The notes under the pieces: model-generated
Told to the model about the DNA's origin: nothing
What the model saw: the letters and a program-made list of their open reading frames with translations, nothing else
Databases searched by the model: none
Made by a program: the position numbers and the translations under genes
In this document: positions 27,425 to 42,157 of the stretch, in pieces
Position numbering within the stretch: the stretch's first letter is position 1
Layout: each line of letters begins with the position of its first letter
Source: Felis catus
Taxonomy: Eukaryota
Assembly (NCBI RefSeq): GCF_018350175.1
Contig: NC_058373.1
Coordinates: forward strand, 102,054,001-102,118,000
DNA: 64,000 nt
Reading direction: 5' to 3'

Positions 27425-29197
27425 AGAATGGCCTTGTATTTAACAAATGAAAAGAAAGATACCAAGTGAGGTACTTTTTTAAATGGAGGGATTCCATTTT
27501 AATGAAGACGCTTTCAGTAAGAATTTTTTAATTTTTGGTGGCAATCTTTTTCCTTCCTTTAAAAACATTTGTGAACGTTAACTAATATCATATTCCCCAA
27601 AGACAACTTCTAATTAAATTTTTACCCTAAAAATTAACATTTTCTTATAAACACTGCTACTGAAGCATTAGCATTTTTGTTGCCAAATAATGCAAAATCT
27701 CCAGATTTGTTCGATGATATAATTAGTTGTAAAATGGAGGCAATGCCTTTCAACCAAATGCCCAGAGGTAATATAAGGAAACTTTAAAATCACCTTATAT
27801 AAACAGTTTAACAGTGAAATGTAGGTACTTGGCAGGGGTAGTTACAAGTGGAAATGAGAGAAAAAAAGAGGAATAAACTAAAATAGGAGGGACATGTTCC
27901 CAGAATTTATTAGCACAAAAAAGTGCAACCGTAAAACTATGTGCATTCTCAAGCAGGAATTGTAATGGCATGTATGTATCTAACCCAGTAAGGGACCCAT
28001 TTTCACCTTGGACCCAACCTGGGAGTTGCTTTGTATCAAAAGGCCAAGGAATTTTTTTTTTTTTTAATTCTCCCGCTTTTAGGAAAGTAGCAGAACAGAG
28101 AAACAGATGAGTGAGATCCACAGTATCAGAGATTGAATACTGCAGGGCTATAGAAATATATAGTCACTTGCCAAGGGAAGCAGGGAACTAATGTTAGGAA
28201 TCTGTCAGTGGTAACTGGAAAAAAGGAAATTTCTTTAAATACACTTGATGGTGATTGTATATTTGAGATTCAAACTTTAGAGGATATTCTTGCATAAGGT
28301 GGAAAAACACACAGGAAAAGTGTCCTTATTCCACTCCTAACTTCCAGAAGTAGGACTATGGAATCAGTGCAATCCTGAGATGTCTCACGAAATCCCTCAA
28401 ATGTCAGGAGAAGCAAACTAAATTGAGGCCTTTATCTTTCTTCTCTTCTGACTGAGGAGGAATGGGACAACTTTTGGAGAGAAAATGGAAGAACACAAAC
28501 ACTGAGCTGAGTCTCTGAGATGGAAGGAAGGATCAAGGGCTCCATGCTGACTTGAGGAAACTGTCCAAAGCCCAAAGGTACCTCACAAGGGTAGGGTAGA
28601 CATACCCCAAATGTCACATATTCCTGGCAGAGGATCTTAGATACCATTTCAAAAGAACTACCACGTGCTAAAAACAGGGATACTAAGGAAGAGTACACTC
28701 TACCACAGATGAACACTGTCCCAACCTTCATAATCCCTTATAGAAGAAAGGATATATTACAGTCACCTCAAGTCCCCAACTGTAGCAGAGTCAGCAAAGC
28801 AAATGAGCTTCTGCAATAATGGGAAACACAAAGAAGTCACCCTCAATAATATCAGGAATGGATAGAACAGAGAAATAACATGGCAACCATACAAACGTGT
28901 AACAGCCAAACTAAACTAAACAAGGGTGGAAATAATACAGCACAAAGAAGACACAAACACAAAGAGTGCAACTGAATAGGAAGTAAAGCTCATGGAACAG
29001 AAGCAAATTGCTCACAAATGTTTTATGCTATAAAACAAATTAATAAAAACATGGGTTCAATGTGATAAAAAAAACCAAGATAATAAAATTGAAAAAGGAG
29101 TTACAGATCTAAGGAAATATATTGAGGACCATCATTATTATGGAATTTGTTTAAAAGAACTATATATAAAATAGACACTGTTAAAAATTTAATTACT

Positions 29198-29610
29198 GGG
29201 GCACCTGGACGGCCAACTCTTGGTTTTGACTCAGGTCATGATCTCATGGTCATGAGATCCAGCCCCGTGTGGGACTCCACACTAGGCATGAAGCCTGCTT
29301 GGGATTCTCTGTCTGTCTCTCTTTCTCTCTCAAAAAGTAAAAAAAATAGGGGTACATGGGTAGCTCAGTCGGTTAAGCATCTGACTCTTGATTTCAACTC
29401 AGGTCATGATCTCACATTTTGTGGGTTTGAGCTCTGCATGGGACTCTGGGCTGACAGTGCAGAACCTGCTTGGGATTCTATCTCTCCCCTCTCTCTCTAC
29501 TCTTCCCCTGCTCATGCATGCTCTCTCTCTCAAAAAACAAAACAAAACAAAAAACAAAAAACTAATAATAAATAAAAATAAAAATAATAAAATAAAAAAC
29601 CTTAAAAAAA
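29198..29610 (+). mobile_element. Two tandem Can-SINEs within one TSD (ttaattactg)
   Basis: SINE heads at 29198 and ~29349. Confidence 0.85.
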
Positions 29611-31167
29611 TTAATTACTGACATGGAGAAAGGCAGGTGAATGAATGCAGAATAAGAGACAAAGATGAGAGCTATTAGAGAAGACAAAGATGATCCAGCA
29701 TAAGAATAATTAGGGTTCTTGAAATAAAGAACTCAACAAATGGGAGGGAATATAGTCAAAAATATGATACAAGCAGATTTCTGTACTAGAAATAAACCCT
29801 TATATTTATACGCAGTTGATTTTCAAAATGAGTGCCAATATGATTAAACAGGGTAAGGAGTCTTTTCAACAAATGATACTGGGACAATTGGATACCCTCT
29901 TGCATGTAGCAAAAGAAAGAACTTGGTGGTGGGGAGATAGGTGAAATAGTTGAAGGGGATTAAGAGGTATAAACTTCCAGTTATAAAATAAATAAATCAC
30001 AAGGAAGAAAAATATAGTGTAGGGAATATAGTCAGTAATATTCTTTACTTTTTTTATTTTAGAGAGGGAGTGTGAGCAGGGGAAAGGGGCAGAAGGAGAG
30101 AGAGAGAGAAAAAAAAATGTCAAGCAGGCTCTACACTCAGTGCAGAGCCCAACATGGGGCTCAATCCCACAACCTTGGGATCATGACCTGAGCCAAAATC
30201 AAGAATCAGTCATTCAACTGACTGAGCCACTGAGGTGCCCCTTCTTTTTTTTAAGTAGGCTCTACACCCAACATGGGGTTCAAACTCATGACCCCAAGAT
30301 CAAGAGTTGCATGCTCTACCAACTAAGCCAGCCAAGCGCTCCAAGTCAGTAATATTCTAATAACATATGGTGACAAATGGTAACTACAGTTATATGATGA
30401 GCATTGTCTAATGTATAGAATTACGAGTTCACTATGTTATACACCCGAAACTAATATAACATTGCATGTCAACTATACTTTAAAAAAAAAAGAAGTTGGA
30501 TCACTATCTCACATCATATACAAAAATTAACTCAAAATAGATCAAAGGCCTAAATGTAACAGCAAAAATTATAAAGTGCTTAGAATAAAACATAGGCATA
30601 AATCTTCATGACCTTGAATCAGCTAATTAGAAATGACACAGAATGAAAAGATGCTCAACATTACTCATCATCAGGGAAATACAAATCAAAACCACAATAA
30701 GATACCATCTCATACCTATCAGAATGGCTAAAATGAACAACACAGGAAATGACATGTGGTGAAGATACAGAGAAAGGTGAACCCTCTTACACTGTTGGTA
30801 GGAATGCAAACTGCTTCAGCCTCTGGAGAACACTATGGAGGTTCCTCAAAAAATTAGAAATAGAACTACCCTAAAACCTAGCAATTGCACTCCCAAAGGA
30901 TACAAATATAAAAATTCAAAGAGGTACATACACCCTGATGTTTATAGCAGCATTACCAACAATAGTCAAACTATGGAAAGACCTCAAGTATCCATTGGCT
31001 AATGAGTAGATAAAGAAATGTGGTATAGGGGCACCTGGGTGGCTCAGTCGGGTAAGCATCCAACTTCAGTTCAGGTCATGATCTTACAGTTTGTGAGTTC
31101 AAGCCCTGTGTTGGGCTCTGTGCTGACAGTTCAGAGCCTGGAGCCTGCTTTGGATTATGTGTATGTC

Positions 31168-31199
<32 letters not shown>

Positions 31200-31917
31200 C
31201 CCCACCCCACTTGCTCTCTGTCTCTCTCTGTCTCCCAAAAATGAATAAACATTAAAAAAAAAATTTAAGAAGATGTGGTATAGATACACAATGGAATACT
31301 ATTCAGCCATCAAAAAATGAAATCTTGCTATTCACAATGATGTGGATGGAGCTAGAGTGTGTTATGCTAAGTGAAACAAGTCAGAGAAAGACAAATACCA
31401 TATGATTTCACTCATGTGGAATTTAAGAAACAAAACAGATGAACATATGGGAAAGGGGGGAAAAAAGAGGGGGAAACAAACCACAAGAGACTCTTAACAA
31501 TAGAGAACAAGCTAAGGGTTGATGGAGGGAGGTGGGGAGGTGGGCTAAGTGGGTGATGAGTATTAAGGAGGGTACTTGTTATGATGAGCACTGGGTGTCA
31601 TATGTAAGTGATGAATCACTAAATTCTACTCCTGAAATCAATATTACACTACATGTTAACTAACTAGAATGTAAATAAAAATTTGAGAAAATAAATAAAT
31701 GGCCATTTTTAAAAATGTTTTTATCATTTATTTTTGAGAGGGAGAGAGATAACATGAGCAGAGGAGGGACAGAGAGAGAGGGAGACACAGAATCTGAAGG
31801 AGGCTCCAGGCTCTGAGCTGTCAGCACAGAGCCTGACACGGGTCTCAAACCCATGAATTGTGAGATCATGACCTGAGCCAAAGTCGGACACTTAACCAAC
31901 TGAGCCACCAGATGCCC

Positions 31918-31918
31918 A

Positions 31919-31965
<47 letters not shown>

Positions 31966-31967
31966 AA
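31918..31967. repeat. (TAAA)n microsatellite
   Basis: About 12 units derived from an L1 A tail. Confidence 0.9.
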
Positions 31968-32406
31968 TGACTCACGAAGTAGAAGCAAAAAAGGGAAAAA
32001 GAAAAGATAAACTAGGCTTCACCAAAATTTAAAATATAACCCACAGAATGGGAGAAAATACTTGCAAATCATGTATCTAATAAGGGACTAGTATCTAGAA
32101 TATATAAAGAAGTCTTAACAACTCAATAAAAAGACCAATAACCTAATATACAAATGGGCAAAGGATTTGAATTGACATTTCTCTAAAGTAGGTATACACA
32201 TGACCAATAAGCACATGAAAAGATGCTCAACATTAGCTATCAGGGAAATGCCAATTAGGGCCTAAGTGAATATTACTTCACACCCCCTAGGATGGCTGTA
32301 TTAAAAAAGATGATAAGTATTTCAAAGGATGTGAAGAAACTGGAATTCTTATACACTGCTAGTGGGAATATAAAATAGTGCAGCTGCATTAGAAACTGGC
32401 AGCTCC

Positions 32407-32639
32407 GGGGCGCCTGGGTGGCTCAGTGGGTTAAGCGGCCGACTTCAGCTCAGGTCATGATCTCGCGGTCCGTGAGGTCGAGCCCCGCGTCGGGCTCTGT
32501 GCTGACAGCTCAGAGCCTGGAGACTGTTTCAGATTCTGTGTCTCCCTCTCTCTGACCCTCCCCCGTTCATGCTGTGTCTCTCTCTGTCTCAAAAATAAAT
32601 AAATGTTAAAAAAATAAAAATAAAAAATAATAAAAAAAA
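32407..32639 (+). mobile_element. Young Can-SINE with perfect 16-bp TSD agaaactggcagctcc
   Basis: TSD at 32391-32406 and 32640-32655; CpG-rich body. Confidence 0.93.
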
Positions 32640-34169
32640 AGAAACTGGCAGCTCCTCAAAAGGTTAAACACAGAATTCTCATACGACCCAGCAATTCCAC
32701 AACAAGTAGAATCACCGGAGTAACAAAAACATGCCTATACAAAACTTGCACATGAATGTTCATAGCACCATTATTCACAATAACCCAAAAGTAGAAACAA
32801 CCCAGGGGTGCCTGGGTGGCTCGGTTGGTTGAGCATCTGACTCTTGATTTCAGTTCAGGTCATGATCTCCTGGTCATGAGATCAAGCCCCCACATTGGGC
32901 TCTTTCCTGACAGCATGGAGTCTGCTTGGGATTCTCTCTCCTTCTCTCTCCGCCCCTCCCCCACTTGCGCTTCCTCTCTCTCTCAGAGTAAATAAATAAA
33001 CATTAAATAAAAGTGGACACAACTCAAATGTCCATCAACTAATGAGTGGATAAACTGTGATATACATGTACACTGGAATATTATTCAGCCATAAAAATGA
33101 AGTACTGATATAGCCAATAACATGGATGAACCTTGAAAACATTATACTAAGTGAAAAAAGCAGATGCAAAAGGCCACATATTGTGTGATTCTATTGTATG
33201 AAATACCTAGAATAAGCAAATGCATCAAGACAAATCAGATTAGTGGTTGCCAAGGCCTTATGGGACTAGGGAGTGACCACTAATAAGTGTGGGGTTTCTT
33301 TTTGGGGTAATGAAAATTTTCTGGAATTAGTGGTGATATTTGCACAACTTTGTGAATATATTAAAAACTACTAAACTGTACAGTTTAAAAGAATAAATTT
33401 TATGGTATATGAATTATATCTCCATAAAAAAGGATATTCCTCTTAAAAGCTAAAATACAATTTGCAAAAAATATGTATATATATCCATATATATATAATT
33501 TTCTAGAACAATATCTTCTAGAAAAATTTAAGACAGAATGCTTAACACCAGGCTGGATAAACTTCAAGAATAAGGACAGTTTCAAGGATAGAGTTTTTCA
33601 AGCATCTATGCAAAAAACCAAAACAAAACAAAAACAACAAATTGCCTAAAAAGATTGGGGAGTAAGGACATAGGCTATCCTCCAGTTTTTCCACAGCAAC
33701 AGTCATTGCCAAAAAAACAATACAATTTTTTTCTGAAGGAGAAAGTTTTATAGCTTTAAGGAAAGTAAGTTATACCCACTCAAGAAAGCATTCAAATACA
33801 AGGATACACTGCCTCAAACATGTATGAACTCAGAAAACACAATGTGTATATAAGTTCCTTACTGAGAAAACCACTTGATATGAGATCCTGCTAATTAAGA
33901 GATAATCAAAATAAAGAACTCAAGAATTCAGATGGTATGGTAAGCATTTAAATATAAAATCAATTTAAATTTTTTAAATATAAAAACAATTCTAAGTATA
34001 AAGCCAATGCTAAAACACCTAATATCACTGTCACAGAACAGAACATGAACAGTATGAACCTGGACAATATAAGAATAATACAACTAACCAAAACTAAAAA
34101 TTGAAGAAAGGGAGATGGGCACCGTCTTCACCCTTCATTAAAAAGGGTCAGTAATACTATTTAAGGTGG

Positions 34170-34385
34170 TGGGACGCCTGGGTGGCTCAGTTGGTTGGAC
34201 ATCCAACTTCGGCTCAGGTCATGATCTCATAGCTTGTGAGTTCAAGCCCCACGTCGGGTGGGCTCTGTGCTGACAGCTCAGAGCCTGGAGCCTGCTTCAG
34301 ATCCTGTGTTTCCCTCTCTCTCTGCCCCTCCCCCACTCTCACTCTGTCTCTCAAAAGTGAATAAACATTAAAAAAATTGTTTTAA
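34170..34385 (+). mobile_element. Can-SINE
   Basis: SINE body. Confidence 0.88.
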
Positions 34386-34469
34386 TATTATTTAAACTGG
34401 AACATATTAGTAAAAAAAATCTTCATTTTTTTAGCTTTAGAGGAATTGTTAAAGAAATACCACAAAGAA

Positions 34470-34977
34470 ATTTTATGTGTCAACTTGCCCAGATATCTGG
34501 TAAAACATTTCTGGGTTCATCTGTGGGGCTGTTCCCAGAAGAGAGTAACATTTGAATTGGTGAACTGAGTCAAGAAGATTGCCTTCCCCAAAGTGGGTGG
34601 GCATCATCCAGTCTGTGGTGGGCCTGAATAGAACAAAGAGGCAGAGGAAGGGCAAATTCACTCTCTCTGCTTGAACTGAGACACCCATCTTCTCCCACCC
34701 TCAGGCATTGGACATCACTGCTCCTGGTTTTCAGGCTTTCTGACTCAGATCAGGACTTATATCATCAGCCCCCCTCATCCTATACCCGTTCTCAGGCCTT
34801 ATGGACTCAGACTAAAAGTATGGCTCTGGCTTTCCTGGCCTTCCAGCTTGCTGAAGGCAGATTGTGGGACTTTTTGGCCACTATAACCACGTGAGTTAAT
34901 TCCTATAATAAATCTCCTCTTATATATCTCTCTCTATATATTTTATTGGTTCTGTTTCTCTGGAGAAACCTAATACA
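34470..34977 (+). mobile_element. MLT2 (ERVL) solo LTR
   Basis: 'ttttatgtgtcaacttg...gggtgggcatcatcca...ctgaatagaacaaa...attggttctgtttctctggagaaacctaataca'. Confidence 0.85.
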
Positions 34978-36312
34978 GATTTTTCGAAATAGATTTCTTC
35001 AGATTTGCTTCAGATCCCTTTTCTTCTATTGAATTCAAATAAAGTAGATGTAAGAGTTTCTTAAAAAACAGAATTTCTGATAGGATGCTATTTGGCAAAG
35101 GGTTTCAACCAGCTTTTACTGAAGAACTGGAAATTCATATTATAATGCCACTGCGTCGTATTCATAGTCAGCGATCCACTAAACTGTATGTGGTTCTCAT
35201 TCTATAGGGTAGGCTCAGTTATAAATTCCATTAAAATCCCAAGTATAGAATAAGCTACATGGAACCCCAACTGAAGACTGGATCCTGATGCCCAGGGTAG
35301 ACAATCAGGTAAATGCCATTTGGGAATGCTGTTATAGCCATGTTTCTCCTCTGGGTGTGTAACATGTTAATTGCAGCATGGGAAATATGGTAGAGAAAGC
35401 AAAATCCAAGTTCCTGTTTCCTGGGTAGCTATGAAAAAAGTCAGGCAACACGTGCTGTCATCACCCTAAGTTGTGCTAAGGATGTGAATTCATAGAGCTA
35501 GATGTGAAGCATTCTTCAGTCTGTTTGATAATGGGGGTGAGAGTGGGGCTTCATTCCTGGGATCCCCTCCTTCAATTACTTCCCTGGCTCAGGAGCACCT
35601 GCAAACCTTCTGTAAAATGCAACAAACCTCTTTCTATCCATGTTCCATTTAAACTTGTCTAGTCAGTAGGCACCAATAGAAGATCCCCTAGAGACAATTT
35701 CCCCTATCCTTTATTGGACCCAAAACCAGATGTGAGCCTTGAGGTAGAGAATCCCAAGCCAACAAGGAGAAATTTAAAGTTTCATGAAATAGTCCAAATG
35801 CTTTCACTTTGAGCTGGTTCTCTCAGGGTTTTAGTCCAATTCTGAGTATGTTTAGGGGGCCCTTTCTGGTCTAAAACCCACAATGTGCAAAATATTTGTG
35901 GTTTTAGAGATGAACAAAATTAAGTTTGTAATTTGCTCTCACTAAGTTGATAAACTTCAGAGAGGGGTTCCATTGCTATGGCCCCAATGGCCCCATGATA
36001 CCATGAAGATCAGGAGTCATTTATTCGTTCAACAAATATTCAGTGAACATCTACTATATGTCAGGCTCTGTGCAAGGCACAGGGAATGCAACAGTGAAAA
36101 AAGACACAAAAACTCTGCCTTCAAGGAGCTGACATTTATTCATTCAACAAGTTCTTTGATGTTGTTATGTCTACAACATATCTGCTTTTTATTATTATTG
36201 ATTTTGGAAAAATTCTAGAGACTGTTGCCCCTTAAAAAGTAAAACTATGTAAGCTCACAAGTTAGAAAAAATAAGAGTCATGTCATGTTGTGGTTAAGAA
36301 ACAACCTGTGGA

Positions 36313-36571
36313 GGGGCGCCTGGGTGGCTCAGTCGGTTAAGCGTCCGACTCTTGATTTCAGCTCAGGTCACGATCTCGCAGTTCATGGGATCAAGCCCCA
36401 CGTCAGGCTGTGCACTGACAGTGCAGAGCCTGCTTGGGATTCTCTCTCCCTCTTTCTCTGCCCCTCCCCTGCATGCACTCTGGCCCTCTCTCTCAAAATC
36501 AATAAGCTTAAAAAAAAAAAAAAAAAAAAGAAAAGAAAAAGAAAAAAAAAAAAAAAAAAAAAGAAAAAAAA
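36313..36571 (+). mobile_element. Can-SINE with ~60-nt A tail and 16-bp TSD aagaaacaacctgtgg, inserted into a MIR
   Basis: TSD at 36296-36311 and 36572-36587; MIR continues to ~36800. Confidence 0.92.
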
Positions 36572-37914
36572 AAGAAACAACCTGTGGTGTCACACTCTGT
36601 GGGTTCATGCCCTGGCTCCATTAATTATCAGCTTAGTGACCATGGGCAAATCTCCTAACCTCTTAAAGCCTCGATTTCTGCATCTGGAAAATGGGTGGTA
36701 TAGGACTTTCTCCATAGGCTTGTATGGGGATGTGAGACTATCCATGTAGAGTTTAGCAACAGCACTAGATACATAACAATTGAGTGACATATGTTAGCCA
36801 TTGTTAATGGCAAAGTTGTTTAAAATACAAAAAGAATATTTTAATTATTGAAAGATCCCTTGGAAAAGGAGTATTTAAGTAGCGATTTACTCAAGGGAAT
36901 CTAGTTCGGATCAGAAAAACTTAGTGACATCTCTTATGATTAACTGAAAATTAATCAGAAATTAAAATAATGTGAATCAATAAGAATATTTAGGTCTTTC
37001 AGTAATAGATTGTATTTGGGGCAAAGCTGCGTAAATACTGCGAGTTCATTATCTTATTTAATGCACTTTGTACAACCCCTGATCATGGAAGTACAGAATT
37101 ATACCTATTCAGTGAATAACATTTCCTGTTAAATGCCCATACATTGAGCTCCTGACCAGGCACTGTGCAGCGGTATGAGTCAGCAAGAAAGGCTGGCAAA
37201 CTCATGTATGACAGAAAGAATGAGGCAGTGCTCTGCAAAGAGTGCCATCCCCAACACAGCCACGTCTGATGGCAAGGCTGCACATCCTATCCTGGAATGT
37301 CCCCTTGTCTCAATGTCCTCTATCAGTTAATGTGCTACTTATTTCTGGAAGATTCCTAGTTTATCCAGAGTAGAGGATTTGTTTTCTAGTCAGCGGATGC
37401 TTTCAAGTGGTAATTTAAGTGTCAATGAAAAATAAACAAAAGGTGTTGCAAATTCTGTAAGATCTTAGCAGTTCATTGAAGCTCTGTTGTTACTGAATGT
37501 ATCTCCCTCTCAGTTGCCTGGGGAACTGCATTTTAATGTCACACATCAAGCAGTTCTTTCCTGAATGTAATTGTAGTTTTTCTGATGCCATGGTTAAAGC
37601 TGTTCAAATGTTTGGCTCCTGGCAAATACTTCCTAACATCATTCACGACAGTGATGGATCTGAAGCAATTTTAATACATTTTTAAATCCTACTAACTTGT
37701 TAAATAACCAGAGAAAGAATCCTATATAAATTGAAAATATCTTTATTACCAAAAGAGGTGTTTGGGAAGATACATTCAAATTTGTAATGATCTGATGTTT
37801 TCAAGACTGTGGTTGGTCCTTTGCAGGATTTCATCTAGAGGGTAGCCATGATCTCTTATGAGAGAGGTGCCTTATAGCGAGATGAAGGCCCGCACTGGAT
37901 AGACCATTGGTTTC

Positions 37915-38650
37915 TGACAGTCACTGCTAGATGCCTACCCAATATTTTTTCTCACCTTCTTTGTTTACTGAAGGATCTCCAACTTAGTTCAGAGAGACAA
38001 TGTGCCTGGACTTGGCTAAAAACACACATTTTCCAAGCTCTCTGTAGCTGCAGTGGTCTTGTGGCATAGTTCCATCCAAAGAATTATCAGTCACTGGGTA
38101 GCACTTCAAAGGATATGTGCCTTTCAAAGGATTTGGATAGGTGCTCAGCTGATAGGCACATTGTGTCCTTCACATTCTTTCTCTTACCAGGAGTGCTGAG
38201 GCCATGCTCAAAGGATCAGTCATCTTGTGGCCACAAGCACATGCTCTGGATGGCTGAGCAGAAGGATAGGAAGATCCTAAGTCCCTGATAACACAGCAAA
38301 GCCTTCTTTCCAGCCCTGGACCACCTCCCTCCAGGCTTCTCATTACTTGACAAAAGTGAAACGATTTATCAAACCACTAGTGTTTGAGTCCCTGTCATTA
38401 AAAGCCAAACAACTCCTAACTGATACAAAATTTGGTACCTGTAAGCAGAATGCTGCAGGTAAGAAGGGAAACTAAGTGTTCGGATAGAGGGCTTTAAAGA
38501 CCCACCTGTTGGAGGCTGGAAAGATAGTGGTCCCTGTTTTGGCAAGGCATTTGATCAAACTGGCTCTGCTGTACCTTGCTTGCTGTGCCTCATTTAGCAC
38601 TATGATGGCAGATTAGGAAGAGAGATGGGATCTTGTCCATTGGTAGTATT
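37915..38650 (+). mobile_element. MLT1 LTR (37915-38427) followed by MaLR internal fragment
   Basis: LTR end 'cctaactgataca' followed by MaLR-int-like 'aaatttggtacc'. Confidence 0.65.
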
Positions 38651-39757
38651 GCCAAGTCATTCTAGATGAGCTCTGCCACCTCCAGACTTCTTACTGGGTA
38701 AAAAGAATGATCCTTTATATTTTATTTGCATTTTACACTATAGAATCCATTCTAGTTAAGGCACATAAATGAGATGAACAACTCCAAGTACTTTGCATGG
38801 TGCTGGGTATATGAAAACTACTTCAGAGGAATTTGCTGAATAACTAAATGGAACAATGTTATCATCCTATTTTTGTCTCACTTCAGAATGTGCAAGGATA
38901 AGAATCTTGCTTTTGTCGGTTTTACTATCATCTGCTAATTTATTATCCTTGCTTCAGGAAAGTGAGCAATTTACAGATTGAATAAATAACTAGGTTGGAG
39001 GGGCACCTGGCTGGCTCAGTTGGTAGAGAATGTGACTCTTGATCTCAGCGTCATAAGTTTGAGCCCCACACTGGGCATAGAGTTTACTTTAAAAATACCT
39101 ACCTACCTACCTACATATATACATACATAACCTACACAAACTGGACTTTCTGATATCCATCCCTAGCCAAAACATAAGACAATAATAAAACACTTTTTGA
39201 ATACTGTCATGTGCCAGGCACTGTTCTAAGAACTTTAGTAACTGATTTATTCTTCACCACAATGCCATAACATAAGATTATTGATAAGTTAGTTCTGTCA
39301 GTGGAAACTATTATTATAATAGTTTTGTATGTACAGAGGGCACAGGTAAGCTAGGTATCTTGTCCAAGATCACATACTTAGAATGAGTGAGTAGCAGAGC
39401 CAGGATTAATCCAAGTGTGTTAGCTCTTGTATACCACACTTTAATGTTACATTAGTATTATTTTTCTTCATTCTTTGTCATCATTCTCATTTTGCCTTTG
39501 GCCTCTGTGCTAGTTGCTCTTGCCTTATGAATTTGGGCTTTTTAAAGTCTTTGCTTGATCATGCTATGTATTTTTTCTTGTATCCACCTGTGAGGAGGTG
39601 GTTCTTGGGTTCAGGCATCATGTCCCCCATGGAGGCAGGCTCTCTATACAAATGATTAATGTTTATACTTGATGCTTTAAAAAAAACCCCACAAAATTGT
39701 AAATTTGTTTTATTATAACAGTGACGCATAAACATTTGCTAATTACTATATGACTAG

Positions 39758-40205
39758 TGTAGCAGAGAATTCTAGGTGTTTCTGTCTACATTCTCCCCTT
39801 CTTCTAAAGTAATAGAATCCTAATATTAATATGGGTACATGGCCACCCTGAATGAAGACACTTTGCAGCCATCCTCACACTTAGATGAGGACACTGATTT
39901 CTGGTCAATGGGATGTTCAGAAAAGGAATGTATGCAACTTTTAGGTTGCATCTCACTTCTTATAGCCTGGAATAGGAACATCGGGGCTTAATGGATTATG
40001 TAGACAAAGCAATTTCCTATAGATGGTAGAACCACCAGACAGATGGAGCTTGGAGCCTTGGTGACTATGGAGCAGAGCCACTCTGTCAGTCCAGTCATAT
40101 ACTTGAGAGAAAAATAAATTCCTCTGTTGTTTAAGCCACTGGTATTTTGGACCTCTATTGTTGGCTAATAGAGCCAACAATAGAACCTATGTCATAATTA
40201 ATACA
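39758..40205 (+). mobile_element. MLT1 solo LTR
   Basis: TG...CA ends and 'aaataaattcctctgttgtttaagccactggtattttgg'. Confidence 0.7.
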
Positions 40206-42157
40206 ACTGGGATATACAATTTAGACTTCAGAGCCAGACCTAAAGAAATACAAATGTCAGTCATATCATGTTGGTATCCTGCATGATTTATCTGAGTCAC
40301 CAATCTTTAACTGACATCATTGTTGTATAACTCTGGATTGCAGAGGAGAAACTCCACATTTTAACAAAAACAACTCTGAATCTTTCCTGGAATTAGACCC
40401 CTCCCTGATGACTTCTAGTCTCAGAGCCTCCAGATCCCTTTCTGTAGCTGTCAGGGACTCTGTTTAAACTATCGGAGAAATGATCTTGCCATTCCCCTTT
40501 GACTTTCTAGTTTTTTCTTGCTTGAGTCAGCGTTTGAATGTCTAGACTTGACAACTGGGGTGTGGTGTAAGGTGACAACCATCCCAGTTTGCCTGAGGTC
40601 TCCTGAGTTTTAGCACTGCAAGCACAGAAAAACCCTCATTCTTGAGCAAACCAGAATGGTTGGTGACACTAATTATGCTTAAAATATATTACTGTTACTT
40701 TTCCCAGAGCTTCTGAGTTTTTATCTATAACTACCTTTCTACTTTCTTTCTTCCTTTCATTCTCAACCAACATTTGTTGATTGTCCATCATATGCCAAGT
40801 AGAATGTTAGGTGTTAGAGAAGTACAGAGAATAATAGGATAAGGACCTTCTCATCTACTAAAAGAAACAGATGTGTAAATCTAATTACAATGCAGTGTAA
40901 TAAATACAATTAAAGAGGGAGTGTGAAATACTTGGGAAGTACAGAGGAAGCAAAACTTGAAATACTGGTTGTGTTAGGAAAGGGCTTCATAAAGGAGGGG
41001 GCATTTGGTATGCATCTTAAAGACGGTTAGGTATTCACCAAGCAGGGAAATTGCTAAGAAGTTGCTTCTTGCTACTTAGTCCTTCCTTTATAATGGAACT
41101 GTAATCTGAACAGAAGTTCAATACAAAACAAAACAAAAAAACAAAAACACAACCCTGGAAACGGATGCTGATTATTCATGATTTTGTGAAATTTTTGTCT
41201 GAATCTTTCTGCCACTCAGACACATGTTATAGTTGTTCTGGTTAAAGAAATGCAAACAGAAGTTGTTGGATGGATGCAAAGACGAATTGAGAGGGACATA
41301 CAGTTGATTCGAGTCCTTTTGCCATTTCTCCTTTCCTTTCCTGGGATTCTGGGGTGTTGACTGGCACTCTTACAGCCATCTTGGACCATGAGGCAACTTT
41401 CAGAATGAGTGCACTAATGATGGCAGATTGGAAAAATAAGAGGAATCTGGCCCGTCATTACTATAGAGCAATCATAGGAGTCCTGGACTATCCACCTCAG
41501 GACTTTTACAAAAGAAAAAACTCATCTTTTGTGTATTCATACCATTGCTATTTAGGGGGTTGGGTTAAGTGAAGTTAAACCTAATCACAAAGGATATAAG
41601 TAACTAGTCAAAATTTTAGTGATTACTGTATTAGCAGTCAAACACCCACCACTACTCTGACAGTTTGAGTAAGAATTCTCTGACATACTACAAAATATAC
41701 AGACTTTATTGTAGATAATAGAAAAATACCAGATAACTTTTGGCCATATCCCACTTCACCCATCTCTTTTCAGATGCTGGGTCCCTCTCCTACCACTTTT
41801 CCTCTTCTCAGGATTAGCTCTTTTTTACCCACATGTCAACCATTACATTCCTGTCCATTTATTTGGTAAATTAGTTAATCTATACTCCAGGTCTCAGCCT
41901 TGCTAAGTCCTGATGATCATGTACTTTCTATTCCCAAAAGATATTTTGCTTATTATAGACAATTTTTCTCCCCTAAAAAGAATACTGTATTAACTCAAAC
42001 TAACATTTTCCCTCTACATGTATGTTATCTCAAAATCCCAAAGCTTCCTCAAACAACTTGTAGCTATTTCTTGCAGTTCTCTATAACTTAATATCCATGG
42101 AAAAGCTTGGTCCACAGAGGAAATTCCTAACCTAAGATGTATGGATTGAGTTTATCC

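Larger units (their letters stand above)
29790..33430 (+). mobile_element. Nested L1 complex: old L1MB-type ORF2 end/3' UTR interrupted by younger L1 3' ends and several Can-SINEs
   Basis: L1 ORF2-like 'gtcttttcaacaaatgatactgggacaattggata', 'aaaattaactcaaaatagatcaaaggcctaaatg', plus two distinct 3' UTR types. Confidence 0.85.

Noticed and set aside
39000..39095. tRNA-like sequences here and at 5546, ~30250-30340 and ~49240-49335
   Set aside because: Short tRNA-Lys-derived Can-SINEs with A-rich tails and degenerate stems, not tRNA genes.
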